Assembly (NCBI RefSeq): GCF_000011325.1
Contig: NC_003450.3
Coordinates: forward strand, 2,070,001 to 2,102,000
Source of the DNA: Corynebacterium glutamicum ATCC 13032
Lineage (GTDB): Bacteria; Actinomycetota; Actinomycetes; Mycobacteriales; Mycobacteriaceae
Length of the DNA: 32,000 bases
Direction: 5' to 3'
Shown: in pieces, positions 23,709 to 32,000 of the stretch
How positions within the stretch are numbered: the first letter of the stretch is position 1
Layout: every line of letters begins with the position of its first letter
The notes under the pieces: generated by a model
Told to the model about the DNA's origin: nothing
Databases searched by the model: none
What the model saw: the letters and a program-made list of their open reading frames with translations, nothing else
Made by a program: the position numbers and the translations under genes

Positions 23709-26700
23709 TTAAGCTTCGCGTGGAACCTCAACCATTTCGTAGACCTCGATCTTGTCGTCGACGGAGATGTCTGGGTAAGACAGAACCATACCGCACTCGT
23801 AGCCTGCAGAGACTTCGGTGGCATCGTCCTTCTCACGGCGAAGGGACACGATCTTTGCATTCTCGGCGATGACGTTGCCGTCGCGAATAATGCGGACTGT
23901 GGCGTTTCGGCGCACCTTGCCGTCTTCAACCATGCAACCTGCGATGAGGCCGACAGAGGAAGCCTTGAAGATCGCACGGATCTCAGCATGTCCGATAACG
24001 CGCTCTTCGTAGATTGGCTTGAGCATGCCCTTGAGGGCCGCCTCGACCTCTTCGATAGCACGGTAGATGATCGTGTAGTAACGAACATCGACGCCTTCTG
24101 CGTTTGCTTCCTCAGTTGCCTTACCTTCAGCGCGAACGTTGAAGGCGATGATGACAGCGTCGGATGCAGCTGCAAGGGTGACGTTGGTCTGGGTAACTGC
24201 ACCCACACCGCGGTCGATGATGTTGAGCTGGACTTCATCGTCCATCTCAATCTTTAGCAATGCTTCTTCCAGTGCTTCCACGGAACCTGCGTTGTCGCCC
24301 TTAAGAATGAGGTTAAGGGTGCTATGTTCCTTAAGAACTGAATCCAGATCCTCGAGGGAGACGCGCTTACGGGAGCGTGCTGCCAGAGCGTTACGCTTGC
24401 GGGCGTTGCGCTGGTTAGCAATCTGACGTGCAATGCGGTCATCTTCAACAACCAGAAGGTTGTCGCCGGCGCCTGGGACACCGTTAAGACCCTGAACCTG
24501 AACAGGACGGGAAGGTCCGGCCTCTTCAACGTCGCGTCCGTATTCGTCCACCATGCGGCGAACACGTCCGTAGGTATCGCCTGCAACGATGGAGTCACCG
24601 ACGCGCAGGGTACCGCGCTGGACGATAACGGTTGCCACTGGTCCACGACCACGGTCGAGGTGAGCTTCAATTGCAACACCCTGTGCGTCCATTTCTGGGT
24701 TAGCAACAAGGTCAAGCTCAGCGTCTGCGGTCAGGCAGACAGAAGCGAGCAGCTCATCGATGTTCAGTCCCTGCTTTGCAGAGATGTCAACGAAGATGGT
24801 GTCGCCACCGTACTCTTCAGGGATCAATCCGTATTCGGTCAGCTGACCACGGATCTTCTCTGGAGAAGCTTCTGGCTTATCAATCTTGTTCACTGCAACC
24901 ACGATTGGTACATCTGCAGCCTTAGCGTGGTTGATTGCTTCCACAGTCTGAGGCATAACGCCGTCGTCTGCTGCAACAACCAGAACCGCGATATCTGTGG
25001 ACTTTGCACCACGGGCACGCATTGCGGTGAAGGCCTCGTGACCTGGGGTATCCAGGAAGGTGATCGTGCGCTCAGTGTCCTCGACATTTACCTTGACCTG
25101 GTATGCACCAATGCCCTGGGTAATGCCGCCGGCTTCGTCGGAGCCCACATTTGCCTTACGGATAGTATCCAGCAAACGAGTCTTACCGTGGTCAACGTGA
25201 CCCATGACGGTAACCACTGGAGGACGCTTAGCAAGGTCAGCCTCGCCACCTTCGTCCTCACCGAACTGAAGGTCGAAGCTTTCGAGCAGCTCACGGTCTT
25301 CATCTTCTGGGGAAACAACCTGAACCTTGTAGTTCATTTCCTCACCGAGCAGCTGCAAGGTTTCATCAGAAACCGATGCAGTTGCGGTGACCATTTCACC
25401 CAAGTTGAACAGAGCCTGAACCAATGCTGCTGCGTCTGCGCCGATCTTGTCAGCGAAGTCAGCCAAAGATGCACCGCGCGCGAGGCGGATGGTTGCACCC
25501 TTGCCGTCTGGCAAACGAACGCCACCAATGACGTTCGGTGCCTGCATTGATTCGTACTCGTTGCGCTTCTGACGCTTCGACTTACGTCCCCTGCGTGGAG
25601 CACCACCTGGACGGCCGAATGCACCTGCGGTACCGCCACGACGACCGCCACGGCCTGCGCCGCCACCGGTTCCGCCACCACGGTTGAATCCGCCACCAGC
25701 GCCACCGCCGGCTTGGCCACCACGACCACCCTTGCCAGGTGCCTTAGCAGGCATCTGACCTGGGGTTGGAGGCATCATTGCTGGGGATGGACGACGTCCG
25801 CCACCTTGACGCTCCTGGGAAGGTGCTCCCTGAGCACCCTGAGCGGAGCCACCCTGTGGGCGTGAACCGCCCTGAGGGCGTGGTCCACCCTGTGGGCGTG
25901 GTCCACCTGCGCCAGCGCCTTGACGCTGACCGCCGCGGTTACCCTGACCATCACGCTGTCCGTCGCGCTGACCATCTCGCTGGCCACCTGGACGACCCTG
26001 GCCCTGTGGACGTGGTCCACCGCCTGGGCGAGGTCCGCCACCAGGACGTGGGCCGCCACCTGGGCGAGGAGCTGGACGCTCGCCACCACCGGTGGAGAAT
26101 GGGTTGTTAGCTACACGTGGTGCACGTGCGCCTGGCTTTGGAGCAGGCTTGCCCATTGGACGTGGCATGCCGCCTGGGCGAGGTGCTTCCGCGCCTGGCT
26201 TAGCTGCTGGCTCTGCCTTCTTAGCTGCATCGCCTGGAGTTGGGCCAGAAAATGCTGGCTTAGCTGCTGCTGCAGGCTTTGGAGCTGAACCTGACTTAGC
26301 GGCAGAAGGAGCTGCAGGTGCTGCTGGCTTTGCTGGAGCGCCTGGCTTAGCGGCTGCTGCAGGCTTTGCCTGAACGCCTGGCTTAGGTGCTGCGCCTGGC
26401 TTTGCTGCAGAAGCTGCAGAAGGAGCAGCTGGGGCAGGCTTTGCTGCAGGTGCTGCAGGTTTTGCTGGAGCACCTGGCTTTGGAGCTGCTGACGCAGCTG
26501 GTTTTGGCGCAGCAGGCTTTGCCGCTGCAGGCTTCGCAGCGGTGTCGGACTTATCCGAACCGCTCGAACCGTAGTGCTCCTGCATCCTCTTCACAACTGG
26601 GGGTTCAATTGTGGATGATGCGGTTTTAACAAACTCGCCTTTATCCTTAAGGGTGGCAAGTAGTTCCTTGCTGGTAATACCGAGTTGCTTAGCAAGCTCA

Positions 26701-26723
26701 TGTACACGTAGCTTTCCGGGCAC
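23709..26723 (-). CDS. infB: Translation initiation factor IF-2
   Basis: 1004-aa ORF. G-domain motifs [13 protein letters not shown] and NKID. The N-terminal roughly 340 aa are Ala/Pro/Lys-rich and Gly/Arg/Pro/Gln-rich repeats. GTG start with a strong AGAGGAGAG SD. Confidence 0.96.
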   Translation of the reverse strand: MPGKLRVHELAKQLGITSKELLATLKDKGEFVKTASSTIEPPVVKRMQEHYGSSGSDKSDTAAKPAAAKPAAPKPAASAAPKPGAPAKPAAPAAKPAPAAPSAASAAKPGAAPKPGVQAKPAAAAKPGAPAKPAAPAAPSAAKSGSAPKPAAAAKPAFSGPTPGDAAKKAEPAAKPGAEAPRPGGMPRPMGKPAPKPGARAPRVANNPFSTGGGERPAPRPGGGPRPGGGPRPGGGPRPQGQGRPGGQRDGQRDGQRDGQGNRGGQRQGAGAGGPRPQGGPRPQGGSRPQGGSAQGAQGAPSQERQGGGRRPSPAMMPPTPGQMPAKAPGKGGRGGQAGGGAGGGFNRGGGTGGGAGRGGRRGGTAGAFGRPGGAPRRGRKSKRQKRNEYESMQAPNVIGGVRLPDGKGATIRLARGASLADFADKIGADAAALVQALFNLGEMVTATASVSDETLQLLGEEMNYKVQVVSPEDEDRELLESFDLQFGEDEGGEADLAKRPPVVTVMGHVDHGKTRLLDTIRKANVGSDEAGGITQGIGAYQVKVNVEDTERTITFLDTPGHEAFTAMRARGAKSTDIAVLVVAADDGVMPQTVEAINHAKAADVPIVVAVNKIDKPEASPEKIRGQLTEYGLIPEEYGGDTIFVDISAKQGLNIDELLASVCLTADAELDLVANPEMDAQGVAIEAHLDRGRGPVATVIVQRGTLRVGDSIVAGDTYGRVRRMVDEYGRDVEEAGPSRPVQVQGLNGVPGAGDNLLVVEDDRIARQIANQRNARKRNALAARSRKRVSLEDLDSVLKEHSTLNLILKGDNAGSVEALEEALLKIEMDDEVQLNIIDRGVGAVTQTNVTLAAASDAVIIAFNVRAEGKATEEANAEGVDVRYYTIIYRAIEEVEAALKGMLKPIYEERVIGHAEIRAIFKASSVGLIAGCMVEDGKVRRNATVRIIRDGNVIAENAKIVSLRREKDDATEVSAGYECGMVLSYPDISVDDKIEVYEMVEVPREA

Positions 26724-26840
26724 TTCTCTCCTCTAGTTCTTGCCAGAGGTTCGAAGGCCCTTAAAAGGTAAGGGACCTTTGACCTCTAGCGTTAATTATT
26801 GACGTTCATCGCTGATGCTTCATCGTGTGCTCATCAGTGT

Positions 26841-27179
26841 TCAGTCTTCCTTACAAAAATCGGGTCCGGCGTTTTCCGCCAGGTACGTGCGTACGTGACC
26901 TGTATCCACGGTTGTGGACACCCTCAGCGCTCGGCCAAAGGCGCGACGCTGTTCAGCAAGGTCCAGTGCGTCGATGGAAGGGGTCAACCATGCTCCCCTG
27001 CCAGGCATCCGACGTTTCGGATCTGGAAGGATAACTCCCGGAAGCTCCGGGGATTGAACTACGCGGAGCAGTTCAGAATCAGGTTTACGTTCCCTGGTGG
27101 CAATGCAAGTACGGATCCGAATTGGGTTGAAGCGAGACAGTTGTCCAGATGAAGCTTTTAATGCATCGTCATGGAACAT
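26841..27179 (-). CDS. ylxR: YlxR/DUF448-family RNA-binding protein
   Basis: 112-aa ORF with the RTCIATRERKPDSELLRVV and GRGAWL motifs typical of YlxR. It holds the canonical position between nusA and infB. Confidence 0.85.
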   Translation of the reverse strand: MFHDDALKASSGQLSRFNPIRIRTCIATRERKPDSELLRVVQSPELPGVILPDPKRRMPGRGAWLTPSIDALDLAEQRRAFGRALRVSTTVDTGHVRTYLAENAGPDFCKED

Positions 27180-27339
27180 CTGCTGCGTTCAATCCCTTTC
27201 ACCGTTTTTCATTTGACCAGAACGTGAATGCACGTCCTCCACAGCCCGCACATGGGCCTTGAACAATATTACGCTACATTGACCCAAAATTGGAACCTGC
27301 AACTAATTACAAAGTTCCTATATGGCCTTGTGAGCCCAA

Positions 27340-27366
27340 AACCGGTACGAGATTTTCATGCCGGTT
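27340..27366 (-). terminator. Hairpin just after nusA (possible attenuator)
   Basis: Minus-strand RNA AACCGG-C-AUG-AAAAUCU-CGU-A-CCGGUU followed by UUGGGC, 11 nt past the nusA stop codon. Confidence 0.35.
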
Positions 27367-27376
27367 CAAGCGACTT

Positions 27377-28375
27377 TTAATCGATGTCAGAGTGGATGTC
27401 GATCTTCCAGCCGGTCAGGCGGGCAGCCAAGCGGGCGTTTTGACCTTCTTTACCGATTGCTAGTGAAAGCTGGTAGTCAGGGACAGTTACGCGCGCGGTT
27501 TGAGCTTCAAGATCGGTGACCTCTACGTTGACAACCTTGGATGGTGCCAGTGCATTTCCAACGAAGGTTGCTGGATCTTCGGAGTAATCGATGATGTCGA
27601 TTTTTTCTCCACCGAGTTCACGCATGATGTTGGACACACGCTGTCCACGTGGGCCAATGCAAGCGCCCTTGGCGTTGAGGTTCTTCACCTTGGCTTGAAC
27701 AGCAACCTTGGAGCGGTGTCCGGCTTCGCGGGAGATAGCAACAATTTCCACGGATCCGTCAGCAACTTCTGGGATTTCCAGTTCAAACAGTCGGCGCACC
27801 AGCTCAGGGTGAGTACGAGACAGGTTGATCTGGATGTCAGTGTTGCCCTTGCCCACGCCAACGACGAAGCACTTGACGCGGTCGCCGTGCTTGAGCTTTT
27901 CGCCAGGGATCTGCTCGGCTGGGAGCAAAACGCCGTCTTGGTTGTCCGCTTCGGTACCCAGCTGCACGATGATGATTCCGCGTTCAGCTGCGCGGGCATC
28001 TGCTTGAACGATGCCGGACACAACGGTGCCTTCATAATCTGCGTACGCATCGAATGCTCGGCTTGCTTCTGCTTCGCGCAGGGACTTAACGATCGCGTCG
28101 CGAACAGCGCGGGCGCTGACTCGTCCGAAGTTGGATGGGGTGTCGTCGTATTCGGAAGCGAGCTCTCCGTTTTCGTCGAATTCTGAGACGATGACGTTGA
28201 CCGTGCCAGTTGTGGAATCGATGTCCACGCGTGGTTTCAGGTTCGCAGACGCAACAGTTTCGCGATTATCCATGTACGAATGCAAAAGTGCAGAGGCGAT
28301 GGTGCGCAGCAAGTCTGGAACTGGGATTCCTTTTTCAGACTCGATGGCTTTTAAAGCCTGGACATCAATATTCAC
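27377..28375 (-). CDS. nusA: Transcription termination/antitermination factor NusA
   Basis: S1 and tandem KH domain content. I place the start at the GTG at 28375, giving MNIDVQALKAIESEKGIP..., with a GAGAGGAAG SD 4 nt upstream. The track's 28390 start is a TTG five codons upstream. Confidence 0.94.
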   Translation of the reverse strand: MNIDVQALKAIESEKGIPVPDLLRTIASALLHSYMDNRETVASANLKPRVDIDSTTGTVNVIVSEFDENGELASEYDDTPSNFGRVSARAVRDAIVKSLREAEASRAFDAYADYEGTVVSGIVQADARAAERGIIIVQLGTEADNQDGVLLPAEQIPGEKLKHGDRVKCFVVGVGKGNTDIQINLSRTHPELVRRLFELEIPEVADGSVEIVAISREAGHRSKVAVQAKVKNLNAKGACIGPRGQRVSNIMRELGGEKIDIIDYSEDPATFVGNALAPSKVVNVEVTDLEAQTARVTVPDYQLSLAIGKEGQNARLAARLTGWKIDIHSDID

Positions 28376-28408
28376 TTGTCTTCCTCTCAAGCTTCCACCA
28401 CGTACTGT

Positions 28409-28945
28409 TTACGCGGTGGCTTCGTCGAATGTGCTTTCTGCGAGGGCAGTCTCATCCTGCGCAGGTTTAGCGAATTCAATTTCTACCACTGCTCGAGGGG
28501 AATGTGCTAATTCAAGGGTTGTGACCTCGAGCAACTTTTTATTCCGCTCGATCAAAACAACGTGAGTTTCGGCGTCGTTAAGCGCCCCGATGCGTGCTAC
28601 GCGCTTTTTGCCATCCTGATCAAGCGCAACCAGGCGACCGCGGTTTCTGCGCCAATGGCGCGGCAGCGTCAGTGGGTTGTCCACGCCCGGCGTGGACACT
28701 TCGAGCGTGTAACCCGCTCCGAAGTTGAGCTCTCCGCGCTGCTCGGCGGCGTCGAAAAGCTCTCCGATTTCTTGGCTGAATACTTCCAGCTGGTCGAGAT
28801 CGGGGCGGGAATCCGAATCTACCTTGATGGCGACGGCGGATTTTGGACCTGCTTTGGTCACTTTCAGGCCCTCGAGGTCGAATTTGTGGGATGCGGCGAG
28901 CGGCTCGATGAGCGCAGACAGAATTTCAGTGGTTGGAAAAGCCAT
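28409..28945 (-). CDS. rimP: Ribosome maturation factor RimP
   Basis: 178-aa ORF immediately upstream of nusA, in the conserved rimP-nusA arrangement, with RimP-like N- and C-terminal domains. ATG start with no SD. A TATCCT box lies 7 nt upstream, so it is predicted leaderless. Confidence 0.88.
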   Translation of the reverse strand: MAFPTTEILSALIEPLAASHKFDLEGLKVTKAGPKSAVAIKVDSDSRPDLDQLEVFSQEIGELFDAAEQRGELNFGAGYTLEVSTPGVDNPLTLPRHWRRNRGRLVALDQDGKKRVARIGALNDAETHVVLIERNKKLLEVTTLELAHSPRAVVEIEFAKPAQDETALAESTFDEATA

Positions 28946-28952
28946 AAAGACA

Positions 28953-28958
28953 AGGATA
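28953..28958 (-). promoter_or_regulatory. Putative -10 box (TATCCT) of the rimP-nusA-ylxR-infB operon
   Basis: The minus strand reads GGT-TATCCT-TGTCTTT-ATG. It fits TAnnnT and lies 7 nt before the start codon, with no SD. Confidence 0.4.
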
Positions 28959-28999
28959 ACCTGCCGGCAAAAATCATCGGGCTATTACACTGTGAAGCC

Positions 29000-29818
29000 A
29001 TGCGTAGGCGTATCCCCTCTGTCCTTGGTGTTTCTCTTCTGGCTGCCTTTTTGGTGGCGTGCACCCCCTCCCCCAATCCGAATGCGGCGTTGGCCCAGAT
29101 GTATCAGGATGCGCTTTTTGATTCCCAGGCGATGTCAGAGGCCGAGCCTGAGCTTGCCACTTTGCGCAGTCAGCACGCAGATGAATTATTGGCCGAGATT
29201 CGGCGTATTTGTGGCTTTGATGAAGGCCAGGTTCCGGAATCGTGCCAGGTAACGGTTCCTGCGATCGCTATTCTGCCCACCGATGATCCAGAGAAGTATG
29301 TCAACGACAGTCAGGCGTTGATCCTTGATAATTTGGATGACATTCCGGAAGATTCCGTGGCTTTAGTGGTTGAGCAATACATCGCGCAGGCGGAATTTGC
29401 TGAAGGATCTGAGGTGTCCGTTCCTGTTGATTTGGAGCTCACCGAGGCAGAATTAGCTGCTGCGAAGGACTTGGCGGACCGCGAGTTTTCCGCCGCGTGG
29501 TCTTTGGGCGTGGCTTTGGCTCAGCTTCCGGAAACCGACCGCGAGGAGGTGGAAACGGCGATCAGCAACCACCATGACCGCGCGTCGCAGCTGCAAATTA
29601 TTACCTCCGGCACTACCCCAGCGCCAGGTTACGTGAGCGAGCTGCCCGACCCCACCGACGAGACTTCAGCGCGAAGCAACATTGAAACCGTCGAAAACAA
29701 CGTCACCCAGGCCTGGCATGCAGCTGCAAGCGCCGCAACCACCGACGCCTGGCGTGTCTTCTGCGCGCACATCGCCGGCGATACCGCACGCGAATTAACG
29801 CTTATCGACGTCTCCTAG
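29000..29818 (+). CDS. Putative lipoprotein, acidic and Ala-rich, of unknown function (possibly ferritin-like DUF4439-type; tentative)
   Basis: In-frame ATG at 29000 inside the track's 418-aa ORF gives MRRRIPSVLGVSLLAAFLVACTPSPNP, a signal peptide with lipobox LVAC. The upstream 146 codons are antisense to rimP and are discarded. Confidence 0.7.
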   Translation: MRRRIPSVLGVSLLAAFLVACTPSPNPNAALAQMYQDALFDSQAMSEAEPELATLRSQHADELLAEIRRICGFDEGQVPESCQVTVPAIAILPTDDPEKYVNDSQALILDNLDDIPEDSVALVVEQYIAQAEFAEGSEVSVPVDLELTEAELAAAKDLADREFSAAWSLGVALAQLPETDREEVETAISNHHDRASQLQIITSGTTPAPGYVSELPDPTDETSARSNIETVENNVTQAWHAAASAATTDAWRVFCAHIAGDTARELTLIDVS

Positions 29819-29867
29819 CAGTTTCACTGCCAATTTTTTAAGCCTAACCCTCTGCATAATTTTCTTT

Positions 29868-29900
29868 AAGCCGTGTAATATACACGGCTTTTCTGCTTTC
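29868..29900 (+). terminator. Intrinsic terminator after the 29000..29818 lipoprotein gene
   Basis: Perfect 9-bp stem AAGCCGTGT / ACACGGCTT with a 5-nt loop, running into TTTTCTGCTTTC. Confidence 0.6.
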
Positions 29901-30146
29901 AGGCCAAGTTTTCCTCCGCAAATTCACGAAAGTTTGCGCAATCGTTTTCGCCCACGCCTTCCCCAGTACACATTCCGTTCACACTATTTCGGGGGTAGGG
30001 CAAATAACGATTCATCTCACAAATTTCTATCAAACTATAGAAAGATATTTGCAAAATTGGCACAAACTCCCAGCTCGCTCCGAAAAACCTAGCAACTTAG
30101 TTAATTTTCCCTCACAAAAATTTAGGACACAGATCTCCATTCAAGT

Positions 30147-30175
30147 TTGGCTGTGACTCATGTCGCACATAGTAT
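30147..30175 (+). promoter_or_regulatory. Putative sigma-A-type promoter of the peptide-binding-protein gene (-35 TTGGCT, 17-bp spacer, -10 TAGTAT)
   Basis: TTGGCT at 30147-30152 and TAGTAT at 30170-30175. The predicted TSS is near 30182. A GGAGG SD at 30229-30233 lies 6 nt before the ATG at 30240. Confidence 0.45.
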
Positions 30176-30239
30176 TTCAATCACCGGATCCGCACGATTG
30201 CAAAATCCTGGGGAATATTCATAACAACGGAGGTCACTC

Positions 30240-31844
30240 ATGACTTTGAAGAAGTCTCTCGCTGTAACCACGGCGGCTGCACTTGCTTTGAGCCTTGCCG
30301 CTTGCTCGTCCGACTCCTCGTCCGACAGCTCCTCATCCTCATCAGGCAGCGAAGGCGGCGACAACTACGTCCTCGTCAACGGCACTGAGCCACAGAACCC
30401 GCTCGTCCCAGGCAACACCAACGAAGTAGGTGGCGGTCGCATCGTCGACAGCATCTTCTCCGGCCTGGTCTACTACGACGTCGACGGCTCCCCTGTCAAC
30501 GATGTTGCAGAGTCCATCGAACTCGAAGGTGACAAGACCTACCGCATCACCATCAAAGACGGCCAGACCTTCACCGATGGCACCCCAGTTACCGCTGAGA
30601 GCTTTGTCAACGCATGGAACTACAACGTAGCTAACAGCACGCTGTCCTCCTACTTCTTTGAGTCCATCCTCGGCTACGAAGAAGGCGTCGAGTCCATGGA
30701 AGGCCTCCAGGTCGTCGACGACACCACCTTCACCGTCGAGCTCACCCAGCCTGAGTCCGACTTCCCACTGCGCCTGGGATACTCCGCATTCTTCCCGCTT
30801 CCTGAATCCGCATTTGACGACATGGACGCATTCGGTGAGAACCCAATCGGCAACGGTCCATACAAGCTCCAAGAGTGGAACCACAACCAGGACGCCACCA
30901 TCGTTCCTAACGCGGACTACACCGGTGGACGCCAGGCTCAGAACGACGGCGTGAAGTTCATCTTCTACCCAACCTTCGACTCCGCTTACGCGGACCTGCT
31001 CTCCGACAACTTGGATGTGCTGGACGCTATCCCAGACTCCGCGTTCTCCTCCTTCGAGGACGAGCTCTCTGGCCGTTCCATCAACCAGCCTTCCGCTGTG
31101 TTCCAGTCCTTCACCATCCCGGAGAGCCTTGAGCACTTCTCCGGCGAAGAAGGCGTGCTGCGTCGCCAGGCCATCTCCTTGGCCGTCAACCGCGACGAGA
31201 TCACCCAAACCATCTTCGAAGGCACCCGCACCCCAGCGACGGACTTCACCTCCCCTGTCATCGACGGACACTCTGATTCCCTCCAGGGCGCAGATGTCTT
31301 GACCTACGATCCAGAGCGCGCTCAGGAACTGTGGGCACAGGCAGACGAGATCAGCCCTTGGTCCGGCGAGTTCTCCATCTCCTACAACGCAGACGGTGGA
31401 CACCAGGCATGGGTGGACGCAACCGCCAATTCCATCCGCAACACCCTGGGTATCGACGCCATCGGCAACCCATACCCAGACTTCAAGTCCCTGCGTGACG
31501 ATGTCACCAACCGCACCATCAACGGCGCATTCCGCACCGGCTGGCAGGCAGACTACCCGTCCTTGGGCAACTTCCTCGGACCTTTGTACGGCACCGGTGC
31601 AGGCTCCAACGATGGTGACTACTCCAACCCAGATTTCGATGCCAAGCTCGCCGAAGCAGCAAACGCGGCCGATGTTGACGCATCAACCCCGCTATACAAC
31701 GAAGCACAGGAAATCCTGCTCCAGGATCTCCCAGCGATCCCAACTTGGTACTCCAACGCAGTTGGTGGATACTCCACCAACGTGGACAACGTGGAATTCC
31801 AGTGGAACTCGCAACCTGCGTACTACCAGATCACCAAGAACTAG
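30240..31844 (+). CDS. ABC transporter substrate-binding lipoprotein, family 5 (oligopeptide/dipeptide/nickel, OppA/DppA-like)
   Basis: 534-aa ORF. Signal peptide with lipobox LAAC, then a Ser/Asp-rich tether. The body looks typical of SBP family 5 (PGNTNEVGGGRI..., KDGQTFTDGTPVTAESF, GWQADYPS). Confidence 0.9.
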   Translation: MTLKKSLAVTTAAALALSLAACSSDSSSDSSSSSSGSEGGDNYVLVNGTEPQNPLVPGNTNEVGGGRIVDSIFSGLVYYDVDGSPVNDVAESIELEGDKTYRITIKDGQTFTDGTPVTAESFVNAWNYNVANSTLSSYFFESILGYEEGVESMEGLQVVDDTTFTVELTQPESDFPLRLGYSAFFPLPESAFDDMDAFGENPIGNGPYKLQEWNHNQDATIVPNADYTGGRQAQNDGVKFIFYPTFDSAYADLLSDNLDVLDAIPDSAFSSFEDELSGRSINQPSAVFQSFTIPESLEHFSGEEGVLRRQAISLAVNRDEITQTIFEGTRTPATDFTSPVIDGHSDSLQGADVLTYDPERAQELWAQADEISPWSGEFSISYNADGGHQAWVDATANSIRNTLGIDAIGNPYPDFKSLRDDVTNRTINGAFRTGWQADYPSLGNFLGPLYGTGAGSNDGDYSNPDFDAKLAEAANAADVDASTPLYNEAQEILLQDLPAIPTWYSNAVGGYSTNVDNVEFQWNSQPAYYQITKN

Positions 31845-31885
31845 TAGCTTCGCACCACCCGCTCATCTTGTGTGAGCTCTAGAAG

Positions 31886-31929
31886 AAAGGCCCAGGTTAA
31901 TGTTCACCCCGACCTGGGCCTTTCACCTT
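31886..31929 (+). terminator. Intrinsic terminator after the substrate-binding-protein gene
   Basis: Perfect 12-bp stem AAAGGCCCAGGT (31886-31897) / ACCTGGGCCTTT (31912-31923) with a 14-nt loop. The tail is TTTCACCTT. Confidence 0.6.
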
Positions 31930-32000
31930 GAACACTTAAAACATAACTTCATCCGGCGCTTTATTAGCTTGAAGCGCCCCGCACCATAATCCATTCCCCA

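Noticed and set aside
25766-26473. Five overlapping 93-122-aa ORFs on both strands in the infB N-terminal region.
   Set aside because: They arise because the GC-rich repeat DNA (GCN/CCN/GGN codons) lacks stops in most frames. The IF-2 frame is continuous with the G-domain and has a strong SD.
28562-28999. 5' extension of the 418-aa plus-strand ORF, which would make a much larger protein.
   Set aside because: The extension is antisense to rimP. A canonical signal peptide and lipobox begins at the internal ATG at 29000, directly after the rimP start.
30342-31403. 353-aa minus-strand ORF opposite the substrate-binding-protein gene. The 68-aa acidic ORF at 30158..30364 is a similar case.
   Set aside because: It is an antisense shadow of a strongly supported gene, rich in Val/Gly/Asp as expected from the complement of GAC/GGC/ACC-rich codons, and has no start context.

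Overview
This window reads as a core housekeeping stretch of a Corynebacterium chromosome. The DapA, DapB and ThyX proteins and the dapB-thyX-dapA-rnj layout match what I remember of C. glutamicum; that is recollection, not a search result. I support 27 protein-coding genes, 23 on the minus strand. In coordinate order they are: cinA-like (partial, absent from the ORF track), pgsA, yciI-like, terC, ftsK, a DinB/MDMPI-like protein, rnj, dapA, thyX, dapB, a lipoprotein, pnp, rpsO, a nucleoside hydrolase, ribF, truB, pptT, a PptH-like metallophosphoesterase, a MATE/DinF exporter, a DHH/NrnA-CnpB-like phosphoesterase, rbfA, infB, ylxR, nusA, rimP, a second lipoprotein, and a family-5 peptide ABC substrate-binding lipoprotein. 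I see no tRNA or rRNA genes, CRISPR array, transposase, integrase, phage genes or recognisable defence system, and nothing I would call a new multi-gene system. The points worth a second look are regulatory or architectural. (1) A candidate yybP-ykoY (Mn2+) riboswitch with its own promoter and a combined terminator/SD-sequestering hairpin sits in the terC leader. (2) truB is inverted relative to the otherwise collinear translation/RNA-metabolism strand. This leaves a 31-bp divergent ribF/truB spacer with back-to-back -10 boxes and a 348-bp empty spacer downstream. (3) A perfect 18-bp tandem repeat lies in the yciI/terC spacer. (4) RNase J carries a roughly 150-aa RGG/Asn/Gln-rich N-terminal extension. 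(5) pptH and pptT overlap as a writer/eraser pair. (6) Several candidate operators, internal terminators and leaderless starts are listed. Start codons and all RNA or promoter calls come from reading the sequence and are unverified. The many long antisense ORFs in the track are treated as GC-bias artefacts.
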